NCBI GenBank assembly: GCA_050743965.1
Contig: JBOGGF010000054.1
Coordinates: 1 to 37,851 of the forward strand
Source: Acidimicrobiales bacterium
GTDB lineage: Bacteria > Actinomycetota > Acidimicrobiia > Acidimicrobiales > RAAP-2
Length of the DNA: 37,851 nucleotides
Direction of reading: 5' to 3'
In this document: in pieces, positions 1 to 10,037 of the stretch
How positions within the stretch are numbered: position 1 is the first letter of the stretch
How the letters are laid out: each line of letters starts with the position of its first letter
The notes under the pieces: model-generated
Told to the model about the DNA's origin: nothing
What the model saw: the letters and a program-made list of their open reading frames with translations, nothing else
The model's database searches: none
Position numbers and translations under genes: made by a program

Positions 1-67
1 GGGAACCCGAGGTCCCCGGCCCGCCGCGCCCGTTCGGGTGGCCACTGCGCTGGCGAACGGCGAACCG

Positions 68-718
68 TCAGCGGGCCAGCGGCACCACCGGCAGCACCAC
101 CTTCTTGAAGGTGGAGTTCGTGACCCCGGCGAACGACGCGTACCACGCCGCCGCCGCGGTGGCCACGGCGAACCACCCGCCGACCTTTGTCAGCGTGACG
201 TTCGCCTGGAAGGCGCCGAAAGCCAGGATGGCGTAGGCGATCGTCAGCAGCACGAACACCACCACGACGGCCACGCTCACCCTCAGCGAGGCGATCGTCA
301 TGTAGGCGGTAAAGATGCCCCACGCCAGGAGGTAGGTGCCGATCGTGGACGCCACGTCGGCCGGCGGGATCGACTTGGCGATGAACTCCACGAACACGAA
401 ATAGGAGATCCAGAAGGCGCCGTACGAGGTGAACGCGAGCGCCCCGAACGTGTTGTTCCGCTTGAACTCCCACATCCCGGCCAGCAACTGGGCGAGGCCC
501 CCGTAGGCGAGGGCCAGCGCCACCGCGGCGTTCGTCGCAGGCCACACGTGGGCGTCGGACACGCCGAGCACGAACGTGGTCATGGCGAAGCCGGCCAGCC
601 CCAGCGGGGCCGGGTCGGCGATCGAGATGTCCGGCGTCACCGGCCGCTCGGCGATCGGCTTGCCGGCCACCGATCCTGTGAACGCCGCTGTCGCAGCGCC
701 GGGTGGTTGTTGGGCCAT
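68..718 (-). CDS. satP: GPR1/FUN34/YaaH-family acetate (succinate) transporter
   Basis: 216-aa hydrophobic ORF with about six TM stretches and the family motif DPAPLGLAGFAMTTF (NPAPLGL type). AAGGGGG lies 5 nt before ATG 718. It sits 83 nt downstream of acs on the same strand, so it is probably co-transcribed. Confidence 0.85.
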   Translation of the reverse strand: MAQQPPGAATAAFTGSVAGKPIAERPVTPDISIADPAPLGLAGFAMTTFVLGVSDAHVWPATNAAVALALAYGGLAQLLAGMWEFKRNNTFGALAFTSYGAFWISYFVFVEFIAKSIPPADVASTIGTYLLAWGIFTAYMTIASLRVSVAVVVVFVLLTIAYAILAFGAFQANVTLTKVGGWFAVATAAAAWYASFAGVTNSTFKKVVLPVVPLAR

Positions 719-801
719 TGGTACCCCCTTGTGCTCGCCGACCGGATGGCCGGACGCTTACGGGCTGCCGCTGAGAGACCGCTACTGCCAACCGCGGCCG
801 C

Positions 802-2781
<1,980 letters not shown>

Positions 2782-2809
2782 GGTGACTCCTTCCGTAGCT
2801 CTCCCGTCG

Positions 2810-2837
2810 ATTATGACAGTGCGGGCCTACTTGTCCA
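2810..2837 (-). promoter_or_regulatory. candidate sigma-A promoter of acs (TGGACA-16 nt-CATAAT on the minus strand)
   Basis: Read on the minus strand: TGGACA (plus 2832-2837), a 16-nt spacer, then CATAAT (plus 2810-2815), about 29 nt upstream of the acs ATG. This is the only AT-rich patch in the acs upstream region. Confidence 0.35.
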
Positions 2838-2947
2838 GGGGCTTTTTCGTCAAAGCGACTGTTGACGGCATCGGGAAGCTTCGTTCACGAGCGCGGCTCA
2901 CAGGGCCGCTGGCAACCGAATAGCACCGTCCGAGGCGGGTCGGAGGT

Positions 2948-2964
2948 GATCTGTGTCACAGATC
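2948..2964. promoter_or_regulatory. perfect 8-1-8 palindrome GATCTGTG-T-CACAGATC, candidate operator
   Basis: Seen directly in the divergent intergenic region between acs and the HTH gene. No binding protein can be assigned from sequence. Confidence 0.4.
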
Positions 2965-3102
2965 GGCCCCCCCGGGTAAGACGATAGCGCGACCGAGGTT
3001 TGGGCGCCGTGATGGCCGGGAAGAGTCTGCCGCGGCAACTTACGGTTGCCAGCGGAGCGGCGTACGTCGGCGCGCCAAGGACCGGCTGGAGGAGTGGGGA
3101 AC

Positions 3103-3471
3103 GTGGCGGTCGAAGTGGAGAACGCCGGCGCCGAAGGGGAAGACCCCGCCGCCGGCGCGTTGGACGGCATCGCGGCGACGGCGGAGGAGGTGGCCGACGA
3201 GCAGCGCAGTGTCGCCGGTGCCGCCCGCTCGCTGGCCCGGGAGCGCCGGCTCGGGGCCAGCTGGACCGAGCTGGTCGACGACCGAGCATCGACGATGCTG
3301 GTGCCCCTGCTGCGCCACAGCGCGAGCCTCCTCCTCGGCTCCGCCCGCGCCCTGCAGGGCGCGCTCGCCCGGGCTCTGGCCAGCGAGGGGCTCACCACCC
3401 GGGCAATCGGCGCCCGGTTCGGCGTGAGCCACCAGCGGATCTCCGCGCTCATGTCCCGGCGCGACGATTGA
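3103..3471 (+). CDS. small protein with an acidic N-terminus and a C-terminal helix-turn-helix
   Basis: ORF 3046-3471 has strong GC3 bias. The C-terminal HTH-like segment is GLTTRAIGARFGVSHQRISALMSRR. GTG 3103 is preceded by GGAGGA at 3088-3093. Alternative starts are 3046 and 3094. Confidence 0.55.
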   Translation: MAVEVENAGAEGEDPAAGALDGIAATAEEVADEQRSVAGAARSLARERRLGASWTELVDDRASTMLVPLLRHSASLLLGSARALQGALARALASEGLTTRAIGARFGVSHQRISALMSRRDD

Positions 3472-3518
3472 CCGGCACCGCACAGGTCCACGACCGGCAC
3501 ACCAAGGAAGGGGCCGAC

Positions 3519-4052
3519 GTGACGGGATGGGGAAGGGTGCCGCCCGCCGGCCGGGCGGTGCCGGCACGGCCGGCGACGCGATCGGCCGATCGTTCGTCGC
3601 ACGGGGGGGGCGTGCCCGGCCGGCGGTCGGGCGACGGGGGTCCCGCGGCCGAGGAACCGGACAGCCTGCACCGCCTCACCCTCCGGCTCCCACGCGATCC
3701 GTCCAGCGTGCCGGTGGCGCGGCACCTGACCCGGCACCTCCTCGAGGCGCTCGACGCCGACCGCGCCGCGGTCGACGACGTGGAGACCGCGGTCGGTGAG
3801 GCGGCGGCCAACGCAGTCCAGCACGCCTGGCGGGGGCAGGCCTACGACGTCGCCGTGACGGTCGAGGGAGCGGTGTGCACCGTGCGGGTAATCGACGACG
3901 GCCCCGGGTTCGACCCGGACGAGATCGCGCCGGCGCCGCCACAGGCAGAGGGCGGCAGGGGGCTGGCCTTGATGGAGGCAATGATGGACGAGCTCCTGGT
4001 CGTCTCCCGTTCGGGCGAAGGCACCGTCGTCCGGCTCGTCAAGTACCTGTAG
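3519..4052 (+). CDS. RsbW/SpoIIAB-like anti-sigma-factor-type ATPase (HATPase_c family serine kinase)
   Basis: The C-terminal ~130 aa match the GHKL anti-sigma kinase pattern (VETAVGEAAANAVQHA, VIDDGPGFD, GGRGLALMEAMMDEL). GTG 3519 is preceded by AAGGAAGGGG. The N-terminal ~45 aa are Arg/Gly/Pro-rich low complexity. Confidence 0.75.
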   Translation: MTGWGRVPPAGRAVPARPATRSADRSSHGGGVPGRRSGDGGPAAEEPDSLHRLTLRLPRDPSSVPVARHLTRHLLEALDADRAAVDDVETAVGEAAANAVQHAWRGQAYDVAVTVEGAVCTVRVIDDGPGFDPDEIAPAPPQAEGGRGLALMEAMMDELLVVSRSGEGTVVRLVKYL

Positions 4053-4055
4053 GTC

Positions 4056-4074
4056 GCCGCCGACGGGTGGCGGC
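4056..4074. terminator. short GC hairpin between convergent genes (GCCGCC-7 nt-GGCGGC)
   Basis: Inverted repeat seen between the stop at 4052 (+) and the stop at 4092 (-). There is no U-tract. Confidence 0.2.
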
Positions 4075-4091
4075 TATGCCGCGCCCGGGAG

Positions 4092-5051
4092 TCAGCGCGG
4101 GTCGGGCGCCCAGCGCAGGACGGCACTCGCCCACGTCATGCCGGCGCCGAAGCCGGACAGGAGCACGAGATCACCAGGGTGGAGCCTGCCCGCGTCAGCG
4201 GCCTCGGCGAGGGCAAGGGGGATCGACGCCGACGAGGTGTTGCCCGTGCGGTCCAGGACCACCATCGTGCGACCCGGCTCGATGCCCAGGCGTCCCGCCA
4301 CCGCGTCGATGATGCGCAGGTTCGCCTGGTGGGGCACGAAGAGGGCCACGCCGTCGGTGGTGACGCTGGCCCGGTCGAGCGCCCGCTGGGCCGACCCGAC
4401 CGTCGCTCGCACCGCCCGGCGGAACACCTCGTGGCCGTCCATGGCCACGGTGCCGCCGTGGTCCTGCTGGATCAGGTCGCCGAGGCGTCCGTCGGCCCCG
4501 AGGTCATAGCCCGCGACCGCGCTGGGACCGGGCACGGCCTCGAGCACCACCGCCCCGGCGGCGTCACCGAAGAGGATGGCCGTCGACCGGTCCTGAGGAT
4601 CGACGATGCGGGAGACGGTGTCCGACGCCACGACGAGGACCCGGCGCAGTCCTCTCGCCACCATGCCGTCGGCCGCCACCAGGCCGTAGACGAAGCCGGA
4701 GCATCCCGAATTGAGGTCGAAGACGCCGCATCGCAGCCCGAGCGCCGCCTGGACTCGGGCGGACGACGCCGGCACCGGCTGGTCCGGCGTGTTGGTCGAG
4801 ACCATCAGCAGGTCGATGTCGTCGGGCGCGAGCCTGGCGCGCTCGAGCGCGCGCCCGGCCGCATCGGTGGCGAGCGCCACCGTCGACCCACCGACGCGGC
4901 GCTCGTGGATACCGGTGCGCTCGACGATCCAGGCGTCGCTCGTGTCGAGCCGGCGCTCGAGGTCGGCGTTGGTGAGGACGTGGTCGGGCAGGGCAGCACC
5001 CCATCCCGTCACCGCCGAACCCACCGCGTCGCCGGTGGTCACGACGTTCAC
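4092..5051 (-). CDS. fabH: 3-oxoacyl-ACP synthase III (FabH-like KAS III)
   Basis: Catalytic triad contexts NSGCSGFVYGL, VPHQANLRI and GNTSSASIPLAL are present. GTG 5051 overlaps the thiolase stop (GTGA, 5048-5051). The 750-aa track ORF is an upstream run-on. Confidence 0.9.
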   Translation of the reverse strand: MNVVTTGDAVGSAVTGWGAALPDHVLTNADLERRLDTSDAWIVERTGIHERRVGGSTVALATDAAGRALERARLAPDDIDLLMVSTNTPDQPVPASSARVQAALGLRCGVFDLNSGCSGFVYGLVAADGMVARGLRRVLVVASDTVSRIVDPQDRSTAILFGDAAGAVVLEAVPGPSAVAGYDLGADGRLGDLIQQDHGGTVAMDGHEVFRRAVRATVGSAQRALDRASVTTDGVALFVPHQANLRIIDAVAGRLGIEPGRTMVVLDRTGNTSSASIPLALAEAADAGRLHPGDLVLLSGFGAGMTWASAVLRWAPDPR

Positions 5052-6211
5052 GGGCGGAGTCGCTCGATGATCGTGGCGTTGGCCATGCCGTGGCCGATGC
5101 ACATCGTCTGCAGCCCGTAGCGGTCGTCGCGCTGCTCCAGGGCATGGAGCATGGTGACGAGGAGCCGAGCGCCGGTCGCGCCCAGCGGATGGCCGAGGGC
5201 GAGGGCGCCGCCACGCGGATTGACCCGGTCGGTCGGCACGCCCGTCTCGGCCATCCAGGCCATGGGCACGGCGGCGAACGCCTCGTTGACCTCGAAGTGG
5301 GCGATATCGTCGAGCTCGAGCCCCGCCGTCGCCAGCGCCTTGGCGGTGGCGTCGATGACCCCGGTGAGCTGCAGTACCGGGTCGGAGCCCGCGGTCACCC
5401 CCGTCACGAGCCGCGCACGGGGCCGGAGGCCCAGCTCGGCCGCCTTCCGACGCGACGCCAGCAGCACAACCGCGGCCCCGTCGCTCATCTGGCTGGAGGT
5501 CCCGGCGGTGACCCGTCCCTCGGTGCAGAACGCCGGGCGCAGCCGGGCCAGCTTCTCGGCACTCGTGTCGTGCCGTGGGCCCTCGTCGCGGCGCAGGACT
5601 GCGGGCGGCGCGCCCGCCTGGGCCGGCAGGCCGCCGGCCGGGACCACCTCGGCGTCGAAGGCGCCGCACGCCCAGGCGTCGATGGCCCGCTGGTGGCTGA
5701 CGAGAGCCAGCTCCTCCATCGCCGCCCGGGACAGGCCCCACTTGTCGGCCACCTTCTCGGCAGAGAGCCCCTGCGCGACGAGACGGTACCGCCCGTCCAT
5801 GGCCGGGCTGAACGACACGCCGTCGGACGTCATCGGCACCCGGCTCATGCTCTCCACGCCGACGGCCATCGCCAGCTCGTACTCGCCGGCGGCGATGGCC
5901 TGCGTGGCATAGCGCACGGCCTGGTCGCTCGATGCGCACATCCGGTTGACGGTCAGCCCGGGCACCTCCACCGGCAAGCCGGAGAGGAGCACGACCTGGC
6001 GGCCGATGTTCCAGCCCTGCTCGCCCGCGGGGGTGGCACAGCCGACGATGACGTCGCCCAGCTCGGCGGCGGGGAGGCCGGTGCGCTCGACCACCTCGCC
6101 CACCAGCCAGGCGGCCAGGTCGTCGGGTCGTACGTCCCGCAGGGCGCCGCCGCGACGCCCGATCGGGGTCCGCAGGGCTTCGACGATGACCGGTTCGGTG
6201 TCGGCAGGCAC
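5048..6211 (-). CDS. acetyl-CoA C-acetyltransferase (thiolase)
   Basis: 387 aa with the nucleophile motif VNRMCASS and the C-terminal CIGHGMANA motif. The N-terminus IVEALRTPIGRRGG is typical of thiolases. Confidence 0.92.
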   Translation of the reverse strand: MPADTEPVIVEALRTPIGRRGGALRDVRPDDLAAWLVGEVVERTGLPAAELGDVIVGCATPAGEQGWNIGRQVVLLSGLPVEVPGLTVNRMCASSDQAVRYATQAIAAGEYELAMAVGVESMSRVPMTSDGVSFSPAMDGRYRLVAQGLSAEKVADKWGLSRAAMEELALVSHQRAIDAWACGAFDAEVVPAGGLPAQAGAPPAVLRRDEGPRHDTSAEKLARLRPAFCTEGRVTAGTSSQMSDGAAVVLLASRRKAAELGLRPRARLVTGVTAGSDPVLQLTGVIDATAKALATAGLELDDIAHFEVNEAFAAVPMAWMAETGVPTDRVNPRGGALALGHPLGATGARLLVTMLHALEQRDDRYGLQTMCIGHGMANATIIERLRP

Positions 6212-6412
6212 TCGACCCCCTTCCGCTCGCTCGCACGGCTCGTGCGTGCCGTGCCGCTCCCCCGCCGCACCTCGGACCGCGACCGGGCCCTGGCCCGAGG
6301 TGCGGCGGGGGTCCGGCTTCCGCCGGAGCGCTGCATGCCGGCACCGCCGGTACGCGGCCGCCGGGCGAAGGTTTGCAGCGATGGTACCGACGGCGACCGG
6401 CGGGCGACCTCT

Positions 6413-6445
6413 TTGACAGTGATTACTGTTACAGTTAGCCTGTCA
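6413..6445 (+). promoter_or_regulatory. candidate promoter/operator of the MerR-like gene (TTGACA-17 nt-TAGCCT), nested in inverted repeats
   Basis: TTGACA is at 6413-6418 and TAGCCT (TANNNT) at 6436-6441. GTG 6450 lies about 8 nt after the -10 box, implying a leaderless mRNA. Inverted repeats are ACAGT-GATT-ACTGT (6416-6429) and TGACAG (6414-6419) / CTGTCA (6440-6445). Confidence 0.45.
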
Positions 6446-6449
6446 GCGC

Positions 6450-7271
6450 GTGGGAGTGAGGTCGAGCCGCACCGTCGACGAGCTGGCAGCCACCGTCGGC
6501 GTGCCCACGCGCACGGTCCGGTACTGGCAGTCGCTCGGCCTCGTCCCACCACCGTGGCGCGAGGGCCGGATCGCTCGCTACGGCGACGAGCACCTGCGCC
6601 GGGTCCGGCTCGTCACCGTCCTGGCCGACCGCGGCGTCCGATTGGAGGCGATGCCACGCCTGGTGGAGCTGCTCGAGCAGGGCGGCGACTCCCTGCGCGA
6701 GTGGCTCGGGATCGCCGACGACGAAGTGCTCGGCACCGAGCGGCCCGTGGCGGAGGACCGCCAGGTGCGCTTGCCGGCGGACGAGCTGGTGCGGCGGTTC
6801 GGCGGGCGGACCGACGTCCTGAAGGGACTCGCCCGGATGCACGTCGCCCGGCCCGAAGGCGACGGGGCGTGGGTTGTCCCGAGCGACGCCCTGCTCGAGC
6901 TCGCCCTGCGGATCGACCGCCTCGGAGTCGACGTGGAGACGGCTGTCGGCGCCGAAGCCATCCTGCGCCACCACCTGCGGGCCCTGGCCGAGGATCTCGT
7001 GGCGTGGTTCGAGGCCTGCCTGCCGCCGCCCGAGTCCACCCGGGCGGCATGGGCTCGGCTCGGCGCCCTCCGGCCGATCGGTGCCGACGCCGCCCGCCTG
7101 CTCTTCTGGCAGGAGCTCACCCGGGCCTTCCGCCGCCGGGCGCAGCGCCCTCACCCCGAGATGCAGCCGGTCGCGCTCCCGAGTTGGCTCCGCTGGGTCC
7201 TCGGCCGGCGCATCCCCTTCCCCGCGGCCGGTACCGGCGCCGGTGCCAGCCCGGCGTTACCTGCTACCTGA
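6450..7271 (+). CDS. MerR-family transcriptional regulator with an uncharacterised ~200-aa C-terminal domain
   Basis: N-terminal MerR HTH RTVDELAATVGVPTRTVRYWQSLGLV, followed by YGDEHLRRVRLV. The gene is divergent from thiolase-fabH. Confidence 0.85.
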   Translation: MGVRSSRTVDELAATVGVPTRTVRYWQSLGLVPPPWREGRIARYGDEHLRRVRLVTVLADRGVRLEAMPRLVELLEQGGDSLREWLGIADDEVLGTERPVAEDRQVRLPADELVRRFGGRTDVLKGLARMHVARPEGDGAWVVPSDALLELALRIDRLGVDVETAVGAEAILRHHLRALAEDLVAWFEACLPPPESTRAAWARLGALRPIGADAARLLFWQELTRAFRRRAQRPHPEMQPVALPSWLRWVLGRRIPFPAAGTGAGASPALPAT

Positions 7272-7289
7272 GCCGGGTATGGAGCGCGC

Positions 7290-7463
7290 ATGCCCGAACG
7301 TCGACAGGACCCCCAGGACAAGCAGTTCGGCGCCCAGGCACGGCGCGACGCCGAGGTCGTCGACCAGCTCGAGGAGGAGGGAGTGCACGAGGACGAGCTC
7401 TCGGACAACCCCTCCGTCGAGCCGAGGGCAGGCGACAAGGCCGAGCCCCAGGATCGCCGCTGA
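7290..7463 (+). CDS. hypothetical small acidic protein (57 aa), absent from the ORF track
   Basis: ATG 7290 to TGA 7461-7463 translates to MPERRQDPQDKQFGAQARRDAEVVDQLEEEGVHEDELSDNPSVEPRAGDKAEPQDRR. GC3-rich codon usage resembles neighbouring genes, and it fills an otherwise empty 270-nt gap. Confidence 0.4.
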   Translation: MPERRQDPQDKQFGAQARRDAEVVDQLEEEGVHEDELSDNPSVEPRAGDKAEPQDRR

Positions 7464-7544
7464 CGGGGCGGCGCCTGCCGAAGGGGCGCCATGGCAGCCG
7501 TGCCGGGCACGCCCCCCACGTGAGTCGCCCGGTACGGTGACGAG

Positions 7545-8348
7545 ATGGGACCTGGCGGCCCGGCAGCTCGCCCCGCCGTGGTCGCCCGGTTGGCTCGTGC
7601 CGGCTGCGTCGCCGCCGAGGAGGAGGCCGACGAGCTCCTGGCGGCCGCGGGCGGCGATGTTCCTGCCCTCGCCCGGATGGTGCGGCGGCGGGAGCGCGGT
7701 GAGCCGCTCGCCTGGGTCACCGGCACCACCCGCTTCGCCGGGCAGGAGGTCCGGGTCGACGAGGGCGTCTACGTGCCGCGATGGCAGACGGAGCCCCTCG
7801 CCCGTCGGGCGGCCGAGCTCCTGCCCGAGCGGGGCACCGCCGCCGACCTGTGCACCGGTGCCGGCGCCGTCGCTCTCGTCCTCGCCGGCCACCGGAGGGC
7901 GGCGCGGGTCGTGGCCGCCGACATCGACCCCGCTGCCTGCCGGTGCGCTGCCGCCAATGGCGTGGACGTCTACTGCGGGCACCTCGCCGATCCCCTACCC
8001 GCCGACGTGCACGGCCGGTGCGACGTCGTGACTGCCGTCCCGCCATACGTGCCGCACGAGCTCGTCCCGTATCTCCCGAGCGACGCCCGCGACCACGAGC
8101 CACACCGCGCCCTCGACGGCGGCCCCGGCGGCCTCGCCGTGCTGGTCGAGGTCGTGGCCGCAGCGGCCGGGCTGCTGCGGCCCGGTGGCACCCTCCTGGC
8201 GGAGCTCGGCGGGGACCAGGACGCCGCCCTCGCCGGGCCGCTGGCGACGGCCGGCTTCGCCCTCCGCGAACGCCTGGTGGACGGGGAAGGGGACCTCCGG
8301 GGGATCGCCGCGGTGCTGGCCGAGGCTGCGGCCCATCGCCCGACATAA
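7545..8348 (+). CDS. HemK/PrmC-related class I SAM-dependent (putative protein glutamine-N5) methyltransferase, VPPY variant
   Basis: SAM motif [13 protein letters not shown] is present. The substrate-binding tetrapeptide is VTAVPPYVP (VPPY in place of NPPY). [13 protein letters not shown] and VYVPRWQTE are typical of HemK N-terminal regions. Confidence 0.8.
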   Translation: MGPGGPAARPAVVARLARAGCVAAEEEADELLAAAGGDVPALARMVRRRERGEPLAWVTGTTRFAGQEVRVDEGVYVPRWQTEPLARRAAELLPERGTAADLCTGAGAVALVLAGHRRAARVVAADIDPAACRCAAANGVDVYCGHLADPLPADVHGRCDVVTAVPPYVPHELVPYLPSDARDHEPHRALDGGPGGLAVLVEVVAAAAGLLRPGGTLLAELGGDQDAALAGPLATAGFALRERLVDGEGDLRGIAAVLAEAAAHRPT

Positions 8349-8358
8349 CGTGAGCGGC

Positions 8359-9147
8359 ATGCCCGCCCGCACCGCCGACCCGCCCGCTGTCGAGCTCCAC
8401 TTCGACGTCATGTGCCCGTTCGCCTACCAAGCTTCCCGGTGGATCCGGGAGGTGCGACGGGAGACCGGGCTCGAGGTCGACTGGCGCTTCTTCAGCCTCG
8501 AGGAGGTCAACCGCCAGGAAGGCAAGAAGCACCCGTGGGAGCGAGCCTGGTCGTACGGCTGGTCGATGATGCGCGTCGGCGCCCTGCTGCGGCGACGGGC
8601 CATGGCCGATCTCGACGCGTGGTACGAGCGGGCGGGCCGGGCCCTCCACGAGGAGGGTCGCAAGCCCCACGACCCCGACGTGGCCCGGGACCTGCTGGCC
8701 GAGCTCGGGTTCGACCCCGCGCTGGTCGACGAGGCGGTCGGCGATCCGACGACGAGCGACGAGGTCCTGGCCGACCACCGCCGGGTGATCGACGCCGGCG
8801 GGTTCGGCGTGCCGACCCTCTTCTTCCCCGACGGGCAGTGCCTGTTCGGCCCGGTGCTGGTCGACCCCCCGGCCGGGGAGGCGGCGGTGCGACTGTGGGA
8901 GGCGGTGCGAGCGTGGACCGAATTCCCCGGTCTCTACGAGCTCCAGCGGCCCAAGACGGCGGCCGACGAGCGGCGCATCGCCGATGCTTTCCGCCCGTAC
9001 CTCGCCGCCCGCGACTGGGTGAGCTCGAACCGGGGGGTCGTGGTCGACTTCGGCCGCGCCGGGCGAGGCACCGGCGCCGCTGCCAGGCGAGGCACCGCGG
9101 CCGGGCAAGACGCCGGCGGCGGTGCGGCGGCGACGACCGATGGTTGA
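8359..9147 (+). CDS. DsbA-family (thioredoxin-fold) protein, monothiol CPFA variant
   Basis: [16 protein letters not shown] sits at the position of the DsbA CxxC motif, and GVPTLFF is the cis-Pro loop region. Start is ATG 8359 (GTG 8350 also possible). The C-terminal ~35 aa are Gly/Ala-rich. Confidence 0.75.
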   Translation: MPARTADPPAVELHFDVMCPFAYQASRWIREVRRETGLEVDWRFFSLEEVNRQEGKKHPWERAWSYGWSMMRVGALLRRRAMADLDAWYERAGRALHEEGRKPHDPDVARDLLAELGFDPALVDEAVGDPTTSDEVLADHRRVIDAGGFGVPTLFFPDGQCLFGPVLVDPPAGEAAVRLWEAVRAWTEFPGLYELQRPKTAADERRIADAFRPYLAARDWVSSNRGVVVDFGRAGRGTGAAARRGTAAGQDAGGGAAATTDG

Positions 9148-9958
9148 GGCCGGGGAGAAGGGGCGGGTCGTCAGCCTCCTCCGGCGCGAGTGGGCGGCGC
9201 TGGCGGAGCTCCTGGGCGGGCTCACCAACGAGCAGTGGTCCCGCCCGGCCCTGCCGGGATGGGACGTCCACGACGTCGTCGCCCACGTCGTCGGTACCGA
9301 GCGGATGCTCTCGGGTGCCGGACAGCCGGAGGTCCCGCCCGAGGCGACGGCGGCCGCCCACGTCCGCAACGAGATCGCCCGGCGCAACGAGGAGTGGGTG
9401 GTGGACCTGCGGCGGCGGTCCCACCTCGAGCTGCTCGGCGACTTCCTCGAGGTGAGCGCGGCGCGCCTGGCCGCTCTGGACGCCATGGCCGACCCCGACT
9501 TCGACGCCCCGTCGTGGACCCCGGTGGGCGACGCCACCTACGGGCGGTTCATGGAGGTGCGGGTGTTCGACTGCTGGATGCACGAGCAGGACGTCCGGGC
9601 AGTCACGGGGCTCCCGGGGCACGAGGACGGCCCGGTCGCCGAGCAGTCGCTTCACGAGGTCGTGAGGTCGCTGGGCTACATCGTAGGCAAGCGCGCCGGC
9701 GTGCCTGACGGCGCCTCGGTGACCATCCGCCTCACCGGTCCGCTCGCTCGGGAACTGCACGTCGTCGTGGACGGCCGGGCCCGGGTGGTGGCCGACCCGC
9801 CCTCGCCGGCCACGGCCGAGATCGCCCTCGGCTCCGCCCTCTTCCTGCGGCTCGCCGGCGGCCGGGTGGACACCGACACCGCGCTCGCCGAAGTCGCCGT
9901 GGCCGGGGACCGGGCGCTCGCCCACCGGCTGGCCACCAGCCTCGCCTTCACGATCTGA
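9140..9958 (+). CDS. maleylpyruvate-isomerase-family mycothiol-dependent enzyme (MDMPI/DinB-like)
   Basis: The N-terminal DinB/MDMPI pattern [28 protein letters not shown] is present. ATG 9140 overlaps the upstream stop by 8 nt (ATGGTTGA). Confidence 0.8.
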   Translation: MVEAGEKGRVVSLLRREWAALAELLGGLTNEQWSRPALPGWDVHDVVAHVVGTERMLSGAGQPEVPPEATAAAHVRNEIARRNEEWVVDLRRRSHLELLGDFLEVSAARLAALDAMADPDFDAPSWTPVGDATYGRFMEVRVFDCWMHEQDVRAVTGLPGHEDGPVAEQSLHEVVRSLGYIVGKRAGVPDGASVTIRLTGPLARELHVVVDGRARVVADPPSPATAEIALGSALFLRLAGGRVDTDTALAEVAVAGDRALAHRLATSLAFTI

Positions 9959-9971
9959 CCCCGCGCCGACG

Positions 9972-9998
9972 GAGCGGTCGGACGGGCCGTGACCGCTC
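9972..9998 (+). terminator. hairpin GAGCGGTC-11 nt-GACCGCTC after the MDMPI gene
   Basis: Perfect 8-bp inverted repeat 14 nt after the stop at 9958. There is no U-tract. Confidence 0.25.
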
Positions 9999-10037
9999 TG
10001 GCAGACTGGCGGCCCGCGACGCGCGGACGAGCAGACG

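Noticed and set aside
2814-2821. Recurrence of TGACAG(T) in three regulatory regions (2814, 6414 and 20357) as a possible shared regulator motif.
   Set aside because: The half-site spacing differs in each case (imperfect, 6-nt and 4-nt spacers). TGACA overlaps generic -35-like sequence. Three short hits in AT-richer promoter patches are compatible with chance, and a genome-wide motif search would be needed.
3900-3920. GGTTCGA-type strings (also near 8705 and 34990) that could be tRNA T-arms. I also searched generally for tRNA and rRNA.
   Set aside because: All lie inside well-supported CDSs and lack the flanking T-stem complement and acceptor-stem pairing. No cloverleaf-sized conserved low-GC block exists in any intergenic region.
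4092-6344. 750-aa ORF that seemed to fuse FabH with a long N-terminal domain.
   Set aside because: Only the last 319 codons look like FabH. The upstream part is the out-of-frame shadow of the thiolase gene, and an internal GTG at 5051 overlapping the thiolase stop gives a normal-length FabH.
7279-7290. Alternative ATG at 7279 for the small ORF downstream of the MerR gene.
   Set aside because: It is in a different frame, which terminates quickly and has poor GC3. The 7290 frame gives an uninterrupted 57-codon ORF with gene-like codon usage.
5090-7540. 816-aa ORF on the plus strand. Similar very long ORFs occur at 38-1315 (+), 1018-2865 (+), 7717-9537 (-), 8507-10438 (-), 10053-12098 (-), 12462-14132 (-), 16433-18439 (+), 18035-19990 (-), 23271-25265 (-) and 25896-28523 (-).
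   Set aside because: Their translations are Arg/Pro/Gly/Ala-rich low-complexity strings with no recognisable motifs. They run antisense or out of frame to ORFs with clear family signatures. Such stop-free shadow frames are expected at this GC content.
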